This document shows positions 1 through 12,620 of a DNA stretch of 64,000 bases, piece by piece. The notes under the pieces were generated by a model. It was not told the origin of the DNA, did not search any database, and saw only the letters and a program-made list of their open reading frames with translations. Origin of the DNA: Gordius albopunctatus (lineage: Eukaryota). Each line of letters opens with the position of its first letter. Within the stretch, counting starts at the first letter, position 1. The translations under genes and the position numbers were made by a program. The stretch is taken from the NCBI GenBank assembly GCA_964276515.1, contig OZ193909.1:6200001-6264000 (forward strand). The letters run 5' to 3'.

Positions 1-10
1 TCGTTCCGTT

Positions 11-350
11 TCACCTCGTCTCTTGTAGGCAGGCTATGTGTACCTTTCTTCTTTTTAGCATCTGTGCGACCTTGATGCTCTTCCCCGTCAACGCTCCCAC
101 ATTCCAGCACGTAATTCGCATTCTTTCAACAACTAGTTTCCTTAACCGCCTTCGTTGTGAGCTAGGCAGTAGCCCTAGTGTATTTTTCACATTGCACGGG
201 TGGGGTATGCAGTGCTCGTCGTATGTGGAGGACGCCCTAGCCTTTTCTTGTAAAATCTCGTTTGAAACTATCATAATTTTGGAGTTGATTTTTATAGCCG
301 GTTTCCGACCTGACGCCAACCCTCCACTTTTTTCACACGGACTTGGGACC
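11..350 (-). mobile_element. RTE-clade LINE 5' fragment (5' region plus start of AP endonuclease)
   Basis: Translation MRITCWNVGALTGKSIKVAQMLKRRKVHIACLQETR has the WNV..L and LQET motifs of LINE APE domains. Nucleotide similarity to the + strand copy starting near 16740. Confidence 0.85.
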
Positions 351-410
351 GTCGTAGGTAGTGTTTGTTGATGTTCATCCTTCTTTGTAGCAAATTGTTT
401 TATTGATTGC

Positions 411-1175
411 CTATTCTTTTGATTTGAGTACATTGGATTTGGTTTTTTTATAATTTTCAATTTCGTTTGAATCTTGTGATGTGTTAACTTCTTTATTAGC
501 TGTCTCCATTGATTCAGCTAGATTGTATATATCAGTAAATGTTATTTCTACTCCAGTATGCTTAACAGCATCCGGCCATCTGGTCATAACATCTAGCTCT
601 ACTTGTGTATTATACAGTCCATTTAAAAATTGATCTCGCAATCGTTCATCCAACAATTTAAAACTACAGCACTCAGCATAGGCTTTTAATCTAGTAACGT
701 ATTCTATTAAAGATTCATCCTCCTTTTTTATGCATCTCATAAAATTTAATATTGCTTGAAATATTGTGGATTTTGTTTGGAATACCTTCTTTATTAATTT
801 GATTAAATCATCATCAAGTGAGCTTATATTATCTGGATACACAAAGTTTATCAGTAATTCCACGTTTTTCTGTCCCATATAACCCAATATAGTTTTGGTT
901 CTATTTTCTTTTGGGACAAGTTTTAACTCAAATATTTATTTAGGGCGAACAAGTATGTATTTATGTCATCACCTGCTTTATATTGAGGTATTACTTCCAT
1001 TTTTGTACCGCGCCACTATATAATAATAGGACTACTGCGATATTAAGACTCAAAATACAGAATTGGTTTATTCAAATTAACATAATCATGTGTTAATGTA
1101 CAACATATGCACAAGGTATATAGAACTCAATAATATTATAATAACGGGTATAAACACAGATTATATAACATTACA
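411..1175 (-). mobile_element. Ty3/Gypsy 5' remnant: short LTR, PBS-like site and degenerate gag
   Basis: The minus strand begins TGTAAT at 1175 and has an AATAAA. After about 155 bp come TAGTGGCGCGG (PBS-like) and an ATG at 1000. The gag-like ORF 411-887 contains ESLIEYVTRLKAYAECCSF..LDERLRDQFLNGL. Confidence 0.75.
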
Positions 1176-1518
1176 AGAATAATCAACGTTGGATGACTGT
1201 CTCATATCATTATAAAATGTATTTTATATTAAGAAACACCCAGATTTAAATATATCCTGTAATAACAGTGTATTTGGAAAAGTTTATTATACCTTTGTAA
1301 AATAAGATACAGGTTTTTTGGGGTTCTCACTAATGTCCTCACATATTCCAGGGTCATTATTATAAAATATTTCATCTTTTAATGCAGATAAGAGGAATTT
1401 AGTAGTCGAAGACCTATTTTTGCTCTCAGGGAAATTTTTGGATATTCGAGAAAATATTTTTTTAAATCTGCCCCCCGTCCCCCCCCCCCCTCATTCAAAA
1501 CCTGCGTCACGCCCATGC

Positions 1519-2041
1519 ATTGATTTAATGTTTCAGATCGTAAAAAGTTTCCATTTTCCGCAGTACATGCCTACATTTAACACACTACACTACCTACTCG
1601 CATGCACACACATAGTTTCATTTAGATACGCCGGCAGTACGTCATTAGGTTGCGTTTAATTGACATTCTATTAAACGTCACAACGTATAAAACAATATAT
1701 CTCGAAAACTACTGGACCGATTTGGCTCAAACAAATCTTAAACATGCTCCGGAGTGTCAGGAATAAACTGTAAAATTTGAGCCAAATCAGTCTCGTAGAT
1801 TTCCAAAATTGGTGGCGGCATACACACACATACATAGTTTCATTTATATATATATATATAAGATATTTTGTATTTAGCCTGTTAATTCTTCCTACATTAA
1901 GTTCGTGAATTATTTCCCACATGACAATTATATTTTAATCGCTCATTATATGATCGAGGCATAACGATGGGCATGCACATTGCTTATAGTATTTTCTAGA
2001 AATAATGTATATAGTAAAATAACGTTTGCCGGGTCAGCTAG
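1519..2041. repeat. Non-autonomous Helitron-like interspersed repeat pieces
   Basis: 1519-1690 is an inverted copy of about 3270-3485. The block 'gaaaactactggaccgatttggctcaaa...ccaaaattggtggcggcata' recurs inverted at about 45795-45955. The piece ends GCCGGGTCAGCTAG|T, resembling a Helitron 3' end. Confidence 0.5.
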
Positions 2042-2049
2042 TTATCATA

Positions 2050-2490
2050 TAAAAATAATAAAGAAACTAAATTTTCTGGTTTAATTCGCGTTCTTCTTTC
2101 ATCTAACTAATGTTCTTCTAGCCACCGAGAAATTTCTTTCCGAAGTGGTAGAGGTAGCAGGTATAGCTAAAACTTTATTTGCCAGCTTATAAAGCCTTGG
2201 CGTGACTGTTTGATATGAAACCCACCTCAGCGAGAGGTTTGGTAACAAATTTGTCAATTGTATTTTTAGCTGAAGTTTTTGGAATACATTTATGATGAAA
2301 AAGATGGGAACAGCCTCGAATGGATTTATATTTTAGATAGGATGGCATTTCTTGCAGATAACATAACCGGTGTATGTATCATTTTCATTTAGAAGGTCAA
2401 AGTAACTCTAAATTTGACTTTTTCCATCTTCTTTTTTAACTTGTTGAAGCATATTTCTTTTAAATTTTTTTATTATTTCTTCCATGACGG
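2050..2490 (-). pseudogene. Internally deleted hAT transposase remnant (BED-finger-like part joined to C-terminal dimerisation domain)
   Basis: Manual translation gives PRLYKLANKVLAIPATSTTSERNFSVARR and, after a frameshift, DERRTRIKPENLVSLLFL, the hAT dimerisation motif. Upstream reads VICKKC...HHKC, with stops. Confidence 0.8.
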
Positions 2491-4009
2491 TTTTTAATAT
2501 GATAAACAATATTGTTGTATTTGCTAGCTGTTACGAATTCCAATTATTATTTCCAACACCCCCCCCCCCATTATTTTTCCCCCTCAAGTCAGCATGACTC
2601 ACACCATCTCGTCAACGGCAATACCCATCCACCATGGAGATTGCTTCTAAGAAGGCAAGCTACATCATTAATGAATTGATTACCCGGAATCATGAGGGAA
2701 AGGAGCTACGCGTGTGCTTTAAGGAAAGGGGAGATTGTGATTGATGATTTTCGGAGTTGAGTTGAGATAGAAAGAGATGCGTGTGCTAAAAAGGAAACGG
2801 GAGATGCTGATTTTTCATTGACACTAGCTCCTTTCTTGCCAAACAAGAAAGTCTAGCTAAGGAAATACTGATAAATATATTAGGGTAAGTAAGGTGAGAG
2901 GTGGTATTGGGCATCAAAAATTGTAAAGTAAAAAAAGAATGCAAAGATAATTATGAAAAGGTATACTAAAATTATTAATTTAATTAATTAGAACTTATTA
3001 TTGTTTATTTCAAATTTAAAAATCCGATCCGAGTAAAATAAATGTTGATCCGATACGTCTTCCAAAATTAAAATGTTGATTGATACGTGAACACCTCTAA
3101 TGTATGTATGTTTCTATGTATGTGGATAAGGGCTAAATTATAAAACTACCGCCTGATTCGCGCAAAAATTCAGCCGTAGATGCCCAGGGTGGTCAGGGGT
3201 AAAGTAGTTTTTTAAGATTCCTAAAATACGTTTTTGTTTTAAGAATATCGGACATTTTTCGGTTTTATACGTTTTGACGTTTAATAAAATGTCAATCAAA
3301 CGCAACCTCATGATGTACTGCGTATCTATCGTGTTCTTTGAAAATTTGAATATACAGTTCTTTAATAAAAGTGTATCACTTATAGTATTTTCTAGACCGT
3401 CATGCGTGTAGGTAGTGTAGTGTGATAAATGTAGGCATGTGCTGCGGAAAATGGAAACATTTTACCATTTTAAACATTAAATCAAAGTCATTTTTTTGCT
3501 TATTTTTCACATCAATTATTATTATAGGACGGTCGTGTCCCCTCCTGCGTGGCTAAATAAATTAAAAATCTCATTTTATCATTTTTTGCGCGTTAAATAA
3601 GGAGGAAAATGAAAATACTTTTAAGAAAGTGCCAATAAATGTTGATATATCTCAGTTCTTCTGACATTATTAAGTCCAGAATTAAAAGTTTTATTCAGAA
3701 ACAAATAATTATAATTATGATATTGTTTCTTAATTACAAAAAATTAAAAAAAATTGCTCGAAGGGCCAGGGGGCCAAAGATTTTCCCTTGGGGGGGGGCA
3801 TGGGGCCAGGTTTTCTCTCTTGGGTTGCCTGGGCCTTGGACCCTCTTTAACTATTTGTTTCAAATTTTTGCATAATAAACACTTACCAATTATATTTGAT
3901 ATATTTTTAATCTATTATACGGAAATAGAACAATGGAAGTAGAACGTATAGACATCAAACTTTATTTTTACTTCAATAACCGCTTTATCATCATATATGC
4001 CCTAGGATT

Positions 4010-4427
4010 CAGGGGTTTGAACTCGCCCAAAATAAAATCGGGTTCGTGTTCGGGTTCAAGAAATTATGTTAAAAATGCTTGAAACATAAAAATATTGAAA
4101 TTAAACTCGTATGGAAGAAGGTGAATTTATTTTTTACCTTCTGATTGCTATCTAATGGATAGTTTTTTATATCTTATGAAATATTGAAGAAAAAATAATT
4201 ATGATCTGATAACGCATGTACCTTAATTATTATCTGTATTATGATTAATAAATCTACTGAGATATTCAATTCACAATATATTTTTGAATTAAAAACCCGA
4301 ACCCTTTTTTGTATTCATCGGGTTCGGATTCGGGTTTTAAGGGTATTTTTAAAAATGGGTTCGGGTTTGGGTTCTGTAAAACATCGGGTTTTACCCGGTT
4401 CGGGTTCAGGTTCGGGACAAACCCCTG
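4010..4427. mobile_element. hAT-type MITE (CAGGGGTTTG TIR, internal GGGTTC repeats)
   Basis: Termini are CAGGGGTTTG...CAAACCCCTG. The flanks CTAGGATT/CTAAAATT form a degenerate 8-bp TSD. A longer relative lies on the - strand at about 37160-37866. Confidence 0.85.
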
Positions 4428-5378
4428 CTAAAATTCCAACATAATTTAATACACCCGGGTAAATGGCAAAACAACATTTGCCGGGTTCATCCAGTTATAA
4501 ATAAAAATATAGAGTTCAACACAGTTCATGCATTTAATCATAACAAAAATATAATCATATAAATGTTCTAAACTAAATGTACTTTGTTTTGAACCTATTA
4601 CAAATTTAAATTCTTTGTTATGACATTTAGTTATGAATTATAGATAATTACTTATGAAAGAATTTAATTAAAATTTTTAATCTAAAGTTGTTTATATCTT
4701 TCTTTTAAATAATTTACCCTTAAGTTATCTTTCTTATTTTGTTAGTACAACTATTCGCATCTAGCTAATCGGTCCATATATTCATGAAACTCTGGCTATT
4801 CCTTATAATCAGATGTAATTTATATAACCAATATCACTATTTTTTCTGATGTTCCACCTATAAATAGAAAAAAAAATTTATAGATTTTTTTTGAAAAATA
4901 CGCTAGGTTGGGGGGGGGGGGAAGAAAGACCATCGTTAAAAAGCCACTTAGATTTTTATCCAGAGGCTATATAAGTTGGACATCCATATGTAGGATTTCC
5001 GCGAAACATTACTTATATGAAACTTTTTGGGTAGGATTTTTCATTAAAATGCACAATTGTTTTCAGGTAAAAAGTGATGTTAAATTTTTTTGATTTTCTA
5101 TCAACCCCAAAGTAATTAAATATCTTCCACTATATTCATCTCATATATTGGGTAATATTTAACTCATAGATATTTTGATTAAAATTAGTCGTTGTTTTAA
5201 CACTTGACAGATGATTATTGAGTGGAATGATCCTGTAACGGACATTTAAAGTATTATAGGCGTAGCCAGGATTGTCTCAAAGGGGGGGGGGGGTTCAGAA
5301 AAATTTGATAAATAATATTATTAAACAAAAATTTATTAAGCTTATATACAGTTGTGGCGGAGGTAGGACTATCTAATT

Positions 5379-5778
5379 TAGTGGTGGGAAAACGCTTAGC
5401 ACTAGCGCGCTTAGCACCTCTCCGCTGATGGGAATAGCCTATTAAATACGCTATGTCTACTAGCACATAGTCACTTTAAGTGCTATAAGCTATAGGAGAT
5501 GGGAGGTTTGAGGTGCTAGAGCTATAGGAGATGGGAGGTTTGAGGTGCTATGAGCTATAGGAGATGGGAGGTATGAGGTGCTATGTGCTATAGGAGATGG
5601 GAGGTTTGAGGTGCTATGTGCTATAGGAGATGGGAGTTTGAGGTGCTATGTGCTATAGGAGATGGGAGGTTTGAGGTGCTATGTGCTATAGGAGATGGGA
5701 GTTTGAGGTGCTATGTGCTATAGGAGATGGGAGTTTGAGGTGCTATGTGCTATAGCCGATTGCACTTAAATGCGCTAT
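5379..5778 (+). repeat. Minisatellite arm (about 8 x 31-32 bp GCTATAGGAGATGGGAG(G)TTTGAGGTGCTATGT) of a foldback-like element
   Basis: Tandem units are directly visible. The same unit and flanks occur at about 36380-36600, 37867-37990, 51830-52270 and 55340-55715. Confidence 0.9.
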
Positions 5779-7436
5779 CTAATTAAGGGGGGGGGGGGAT
5801 GGGAAAAATTTTGTGTCAAAAATTTTGGATCAAGCAAAAACTAATAAAAATTATATAAATTCAGTATCTACTATCGGTTTTTGGTAAAAAATACATTCAT
5901 AATATCTTCAGAGACGCAAATTGCAAAGCGCTCCTTCCAATTTTTCTTTTTGCGCTAATTAGTGCCATTGTTTGAACAAAACACTGGCATGGGCCTTTTA
6001 GGCTTAATTTTCATAATATTACCAAAAATTGTCCGACTGCGTTAAAAATACAGGTTTTATGAATAATTAACAATTAAAAATTAATATGAATTTAATTATA
6101 TTGTAAAGTTTAATAATAAAACCAGGGGTGAAGGGGGGAGAGGGAGGGAAGGTAGGGGGGCGCCGAGGGTCCGATTTGGAGTTCGTTTTTTCGTTTTGGT
6201 ACATTTGCCTTTGCCGGGAAATATTTAGCCAGTGTAGAAAGTATCCGATATATAGCAACAACCTAGACAAGATGCAAAAATAAGTTCATGTATAAAGCTA
6301 ATGAGTCGGCCACAACAACAATAATGGATATTGGGCTCGGGCGAGCTCGAAGAAATCAAAGCCAACCAGCGGTCATAAGCGAATCTATTTGCAAAAGCCA
6401 AATAAAAGTCTTTTACAGAAGCATAAGTCCACATCCATTTGAAATCTCCATAGCAATTATGTAAAAAGTACAAATTGAACAACGGACAGACCAGACAACG
6501 AATGGCGAGCCCATAAATTGCATAGCAATGAAAATTTTTTATAAACATCATAAAAATATAAAAATAAAAAGGTTTTGCCACTACTAATAGCTAGGCCAGG
6601 CCCGTATTAATTGCTATGTAATTTTATTATTATAACGCTCGTCCAAGCCCGACCCGCAACTTTTAACAAAAAGCCCATTCATACCCGGGTTTAAGAATGC
6701 TAGCTGTATTTGCTTTAATAAAATTAGCTATATCATGATCATTAAAATGTAAACTTTAAAAAATGAATTTACTAAACCATAAGGAATAATAATTTTTAGT
6801 TGAATTTTTGCATCATTTTTCGATTTTAAAGTCTGTTTAAAAATGCAGCATACATGAATGAAATGTGCAAAACGCTTTGTAAAATTATCATTTACATGGC
6901 TATTAATTATTTGTATTTTATTATTTTACTCTTCTCTAGTAGTATAATACCCCAAATTCTAAAAATAAGGAACTATAATGTAAGTTTAAATAACTTTGTT
7001 AAATACGTAGAAAAATAAAATTGTAACTTACGTTTCTTACTAAAATTTGGCTTGCATCAGCATCTTTCTAGTTTATTTTTAGAGGTTGAAGATAGTTTTT
7101 TCGATAATTAATCCAGAATTAACTTCCTTCTTATTCAAAAACACGCACTCGGGACAGAAAATATTTGTATAACTAGTGTTAAAATTAGTAGATTTCATCT
7201 AAAATTAAATATCAAATTACTTAAGATAATTTATTATTTCTATATGCGCAACACTAACAAGACTTATATTAATAGCATTGAATTTCTCCGTATAATTTCG
7301 ATTTTTTAAAATTTTTTTTGGCAATGGGAGGGATTCTAACCCAAACCGCCCCCCCCCTTCCCTACGCTACTGTCGCTTAGAAAAATTAAGTTATTAATTA
7401 TCATGTTATGTGATCTATAATTGTCAATCCGTTTAT

Positions 7437-7580
7437 ATGAATATTGTTATATAAAAACGGTTTCGATTGATAACGTGAGTAGAGGGAAATCATAGAACGC
7501 AATATTTCGGGCACTTGTCCATCTTCAGATCCCTCCACGTTATCAATCCAAAACCACCGTTTTTATATAACAATATTCAT
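7437..7580. mobile_element. Small hairpin MITE
   Basis: ATGAATATTGTTATATAAAAACGG...GATTGATAACGTG is mirrored by CACGTTATCAATC...CCGTTTTTATATAACAATATTCAT. Confidence 0.7.
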
Positions 7581-7944
7581 TAATTATCTTATTACTAAAA
7601 ATTAATTGTATTAACATCTTCTTCTATTAAAAATGCACTAATAAAGTCATGTATAGATAGTTTTAAATTAGTAAATTTTTATCTAAAATTAAATCTCAAT
7701 TTAATTGTATTAATTAATTATTCACGCAACTGAGGGGACACTAACAGATGTCCTATCATTTACATTTATTTATCCATTCTGACGAAAAATTCAATTTTTT
7801 TGTCAAGGGGGTGAGGGGGTTTCTAACTGAATGCAAGGTCAAAATAAATATTATTATATGGTTTAACATATAATAAATGGATATAAATTATACATATATA
7901 TACATATAATAACGGTTATAAAAATCGAAGTGTTTATTAATTAG

Positions 7945-9750
7945 GGCTGATTTTGGGTGTCGAAGCAAACTCAGGTAAAGTACATAACATATAGTTCAAA
8001 ATCATGTATTTCAAAACTTAATTTGAGTCTAAAGATGTAAGAAGTATAAATTGAGGTTGTTGTCTCTTAAAAATATTTAGACTTGATGTGGTGTCAGTGC
8101 AGTAATTGTCCAGAATCCTTACCTTACTGCAGTCTTCAAAATGGAGTGTGCTATAAATCAAATGTTCCGAACGTAACCATTTACGGGTAATATTTTGTAT
8201 AATAAAATCTAACGTATAATTGCTATAAATATGTGAAAAGTTGATAAGTAGTTAAAAACTAAACGTCGTATATCATTTCGGAAAAAATTCTTGTCAGATG
8301 CTTTGAGTCCCTTCCTTTAGGATTCACCCTCAACATTTTTTTTCGAATTCCTATTTTTTAATGACCAATTCTCCCCTGTAATTTTTTTAAATTAACCAAA
8401 CTACATTCTAAATTAATAATACTCCTATAGCGTTCCCTGTATAAAAAAATCTATATTGTCACACTAAGGTGGTCAGCTTCTTTAGATATTTGGATGAGGG
8501 GTTACGCTCGGCTATCCATGACTGACAGCCGTGTTGACGATGTGAGATATTTTTAATCTTGAAATAAGGGCCGGATATAGTTTTTTTTCATTGTCAAATT
8601 TAAATCATATTTTTTAAACTCCTATATATATAATTACGATTCGGACTTTAACAAATATTATAAAAAGGAATTCTAAAAAGCTTACTTAATTCCGTAAAAT
8701 TAAAAAATATTGAATATTCGATTGTAGCAGGCAGTTTGCCAATACTTTCGTATCACACTTATTTATGTTCTAATTTACCTAATATCAATAAATTTGATTA
8801 TTATATTTGTATATGGTATATAAACTTCGGATCTAAAAAGTTGGTGTAATCTTGCTTGTGCCTGATTAAACCAAAAAAATCGGACTTTGAAAAATAATAA
8901 ATTAAATTAATTCATGAAAACCACATTATTAGATAAAGTTTAATGATAAGGAGTTACTGATTTTGTTGTTTTACACAATTTATTAAACAAATATATTAAA
9001 GCACACAGTACCCTATTCACAGCCTTTATCTATTTATTATTAACGACACCATACCAATGTAAGTTAAGCTACTATATGGAGCTAAGGGTTTTAAAAACAA
9101 GTTAAAGTTAAGCTTTGATTGTATATTATTTCTAATCAAATTGAGAAATAGAATCAACTGGAAAAAGTAGAATAGCTTAATTTAAAAAAACTATAATTAT
9201 ATTATTAATTATAAATAAATGCCTTAAATTAGTTTTCGAAAAATTGCGCGCGAGGGGTTTAAGGGGCCAAAATTTTATCTTGGGGGCCTTGGCCTTCTCG
9301 GTCACCCTAGCCATGGGCGTAGCCCAGATTGGATTAGAGAAGGACAATAATGATTTAGGGAGGGGCAAAATTATAATTTTTAGTAATTGTAGCCATAATT
9401 ATATTAAATTTTAAAGAATTTAATTTAGAGGAAGCAGCCGCCCCTCCCTGCCATACCCTGGCTAGATCACTGGTTTGAAAAGTAGAAACCTCGAAATAAA
9501 TAGGAGACTCACTAATATATGTAACATATTTAAACACATAAAACATTTCGGCATTGCCAAAAATGAAAGATTTAACAAATTTAATAGATGTCTTACCATT
9601 GAACAATACTACTCTATGTGTCCGTTGGGGATGCTAAAATACAGTAGCACAAAATTTACCTTGCCTTATGTATGTTGCAATGACTCTTTGTGGTGCAACA
9701 CCAATCCCTACCAGATGAGACTTAATGGAAACATACGTAAAAAATATTGA
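7945..9750 (+). CDS. Activin/TGF-beta type I receptor ectodomain-like (three-finger) small protein A; exons 7945-7974, 8081-8186, 9588-9750; first exon unresolved
   Basis: Spliced translation: GLILGVEANS-DLMWCQCSNCPESLPYCSLQNGVCYKSNVPNVTIYG|CLTIEQYYSMCPLGMLKYSSTKFTLPYVCCNDSLWCNTNPYQMRLNGNIRKKY*. It has 10 Cys with a CxC start and CC-x5-CN end, and canonical phase-compatible GT-AG sites. Confidence 0.75.
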
Positions 9751-10356
9751 TGCCTACTGTATATTATTCTGTGTTGAAATTTATAAGAACTTTTTATCTT
9801 AGAGACATTTTAACACCTATCTAAAACATCTTTGTTTTAATGAACTATTGCGAAAAGAATTCCCTAAATTGAAAACTAAATTAATTAAACATATTATAAT
9901 TCTTATAAATATTTTTCTTAACTAAACATAGTTATTAACGGACATAGTACAACTAAAATAATTAAGTTCTAGGTATACAAGTCTTTCTCATTTGGTTGTA
10001 GGCATATATCAAAACAGGTTGTATTTAATTTTTTACATATATTAGGACTAGAAACCCAATATGAATCAAACGAAAGTATGTATATATATATTATGTTCAG
10101 CATTCAATATGTGCATATGAAATTCTTATATATTAAGACTAATATTCTATGGATAAAAATATTTAATAAAATCTGCTTATTAATTCTTTAAAATTGTTAT
10201 GAACATGAAACTTTTCAGATCTCCAACTTCACTTATATAACATAAACATGTGTTTCTATTTGACTATTCTATTATAGTTATGTCATAAAGATATTACCTT
10301 TAAACCCATTTATAATAGGGTAATGTGTTAAGACGGGTTTAGTGTGGTATAACAAC

Positions 10357-11360
10357 CATAGACTAAATAGACTGCTAATTCCTTTAAAAAAGTGACGCCA
10401 ATTTTGAGCGAAATGAATAACTATTTAACCTTTATAATGGGATTCTATATATACTCTCTATTTATTAAAAATTTTTTATAATAATTTTTATATAATTTTA
10501 AGTTAAAACTTATATCATATCATAAAAAATTCTTTGTATAAACGATTAAATATTTTTGATTATGTTATAATAATAAAATTATTTAAATATTTAAAAAAAC
10601 ATTAAATTAACGAGACAAATTATTATATTTAAAGCGCCATTTATATATAGTTTTATTTTAGTATACAGATTTCAAATTTTTATTTAATGCTGCTAGGAGG
10701 ATGTTATTTTTTAGGGGAAATCTATTAAAATAGCAGATAAGCAAAAATTAAATACAAAAAAACATAATAATATACACAAAAGAAAAATATATATATAAAA
10801 ATTTAGACTTAGAGAAGATATTAAGAATATAATAAATTAAATATATTCTATTAATAGATAAGAATTATATAAAAAAACATAATAATATACAGAAAAGGGA
10901 AAAAATATATATTAGGCTAAATAGATATAGCAATTTAGATTTAGAAAATATATTATCAATATATTAAATTAAATATATTTTATTAATAGATAAGCTTGAA
11001 TTAAATACACAAAAGATACATAATATATACAAAAATGAAAGACAAATATATTTGGCTAAAAAAAGAGTTTATTGATATATTAGACAAAAGATATCATAGC
11101 CATTTTTATAATATAAAATACTTCTTATAGGAATATTTATATTTAATTTTCTTCTAATTGGTACAGTGGAATGGTGTACAATATTACATTATATGGCTTG
11201 TTTGTTCTTTACCCTATAAAGAATAAAATATAATTATATATAGCAATAGCATATATATAACTTAAGAGGGGCGTTTTTTGATTAGTTCAAGATGGCGGTA
11301 AAACAGGCATCACTTTTTCGGTACGTGCGTACGTAAAATGAGCAGTGTATTTAGTCTATG
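10357..11360. mobile_element. Non-autonomous P-superfamily-like element
   Basis: TIR CATAGACTAAATA(G/C)ACTGCT at both ends. GGTATAAC lies at 10346-10353 (followed by an extra AAC) and at 11361-11368. The first 10 nt match the TIR of the P element at 41583. Internal AT-rich tandem repeats lie at about 10720-11060. Confidence 0.8.
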
Positions 11361-11605
11361 GGTATAACTGAGGCGCATTATAAGTAAGCCACATTACTAC
11401 CTATTTGGTAAATAAGTCAGCCAGCTTTGATTCATAATATAAATCACTAAGTTTATTTTATTAATAGTTTTTTCTTGTCAAAACATAAAAGCTAATAAAT
11501 TTTCTGTTGTGAGAGCTGAGGAAACCAAAGCTTGAGAAATTCAAGGGAAATTTTGTTTGGGGGCCTTTAAAGATCTAAATCACGTTTTAAATATATCTTA
11601 ATTAG

Positions 11606-12059
11606 GATTTTTGACTTGTTTCTGCAATGATTGCAAAGATTTACGCAATTGCAAAACAAAGGGAGCGTGCTACTATAAGTTCAACATTGATGCCACTCAA
11701 GAACGACGTTATGATTACGGGTAAAAATATCTACTGATAACTTTTTAAAAAAGATACCACATAAAATTTGTGTGTCATAAGCTTTATTATGATGATAAAG
11801 ATGTTTAGAAGAGGAGAATGTGGAAGAGAATTGCGTAATGCCAGTCAATCAGATAAAAGAAAGTGGAATTTTCATACCTACTCTAAATTGCTGCAAAACT
11901 ACTAATTGGTGTAATGCTATCGGAAACTCTTTAAATTCAACTCAACTACTAAGTATCTTATTGTTATTTAGCTTACGGACTCTTAATTTAATATATAAAT
12001 ATGACTTGACAAAAAAGTATTATTTTTCTCAAAAACGTACAGTAAATTTGTATGTTTGA
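11606..12059 (+). CDS. Activin/TGF-beta type I receptor ectodomain-like small protein B with hydrophobic tail; exons 11606-11720, 11801-12059; 5' exons unresolved
   Basis: Spliced translation: FLTCFCNDCKDLRNCKTKGACYYKFNIDATQERRYDYG|CLEEENVEENCVMPVNQIKESGIFIPTLNCCKTTNWCNAIGNSLNSTQLLSILLLFSLR.... It shares the 10-Cys pattern and the same phase-2 intron (TACGG|gtaa...ag|ATGT) with protein A. Confidence 0.75.
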
Positions 12060-12367
12060 TTAAAAGCATATAAGTACATGTAAAAATTATTCAACTAAAT
12101 AGAATAAATAAGCTTGCTTAATAAATCAATCATTTTCAAAATTAGAATTTCTTTCCTTAAAGTAATACTTAATAGGATTCTTTATAATGTTAGTGTAATA
12201 TTTATGACAAGAGCGCTATTTATATATCCATAGTACAATTAATTGAACTACATTCATTTTAATAAATTTATCAACATAAATATGACCTAGCTCTAATTTT
12301 GTGTCAAGCAATTCAAGAACTCTTCCTTAATTTAAGTTCATTTGTCAACCACTTTTACTGCAAATTT

Positions 12368-12620
12368 TCACTTCTGTGCAAAATGTAATATAGGCAAGGG
12401 TTAGATTTAGTGATTTATTTGATAATATGTATTTATTTATAAAATAGTATTATACATTTTGATATAACTTATTTTGTTTCAATTAACAATTATAGTATCC
12501 TTTTATTACGTAGTTTTTTAGTACATATTACATGCGTATGAATATGCATGAAAACCGGTCTCAATTTCTAAAATGCGAATATTACATTATTAGATTTTGC
12601 ACATATTAGATTTTGCACCA
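12368..12620. repeat. Interspersed repeat with an inverted copy at about 38750-39005
   Basis: CACTTCTGTGCAAAATGTAATATAGGCAAGGGTTAGATTTAG...CATATTAGATTTTGCACCAGATTC matches the reverse complement of the 38.7-39.0 kb block. Confidence 0.8.

Noticed and set aside
4930..5235. Possible minus-strand coding exon
   Set aside because: Stops occur in all frames within about 60 codons and no motif was recognised.
7877..7914. ATG exon for receptor-like unit A
   Set aside because: The ATG frame hits TAA before the donor, and no phase-compatible join to 7945 was found.
11131..11160. Hydrophobic mini-exon (IFIFNFLLI) as signal peptide for receptor-like unit B
   Set aside because: It lies inside the non-autonomous P-like element in AT-rich sequence, where such peptides arise by chance. 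It cannot be supported without transcripts.
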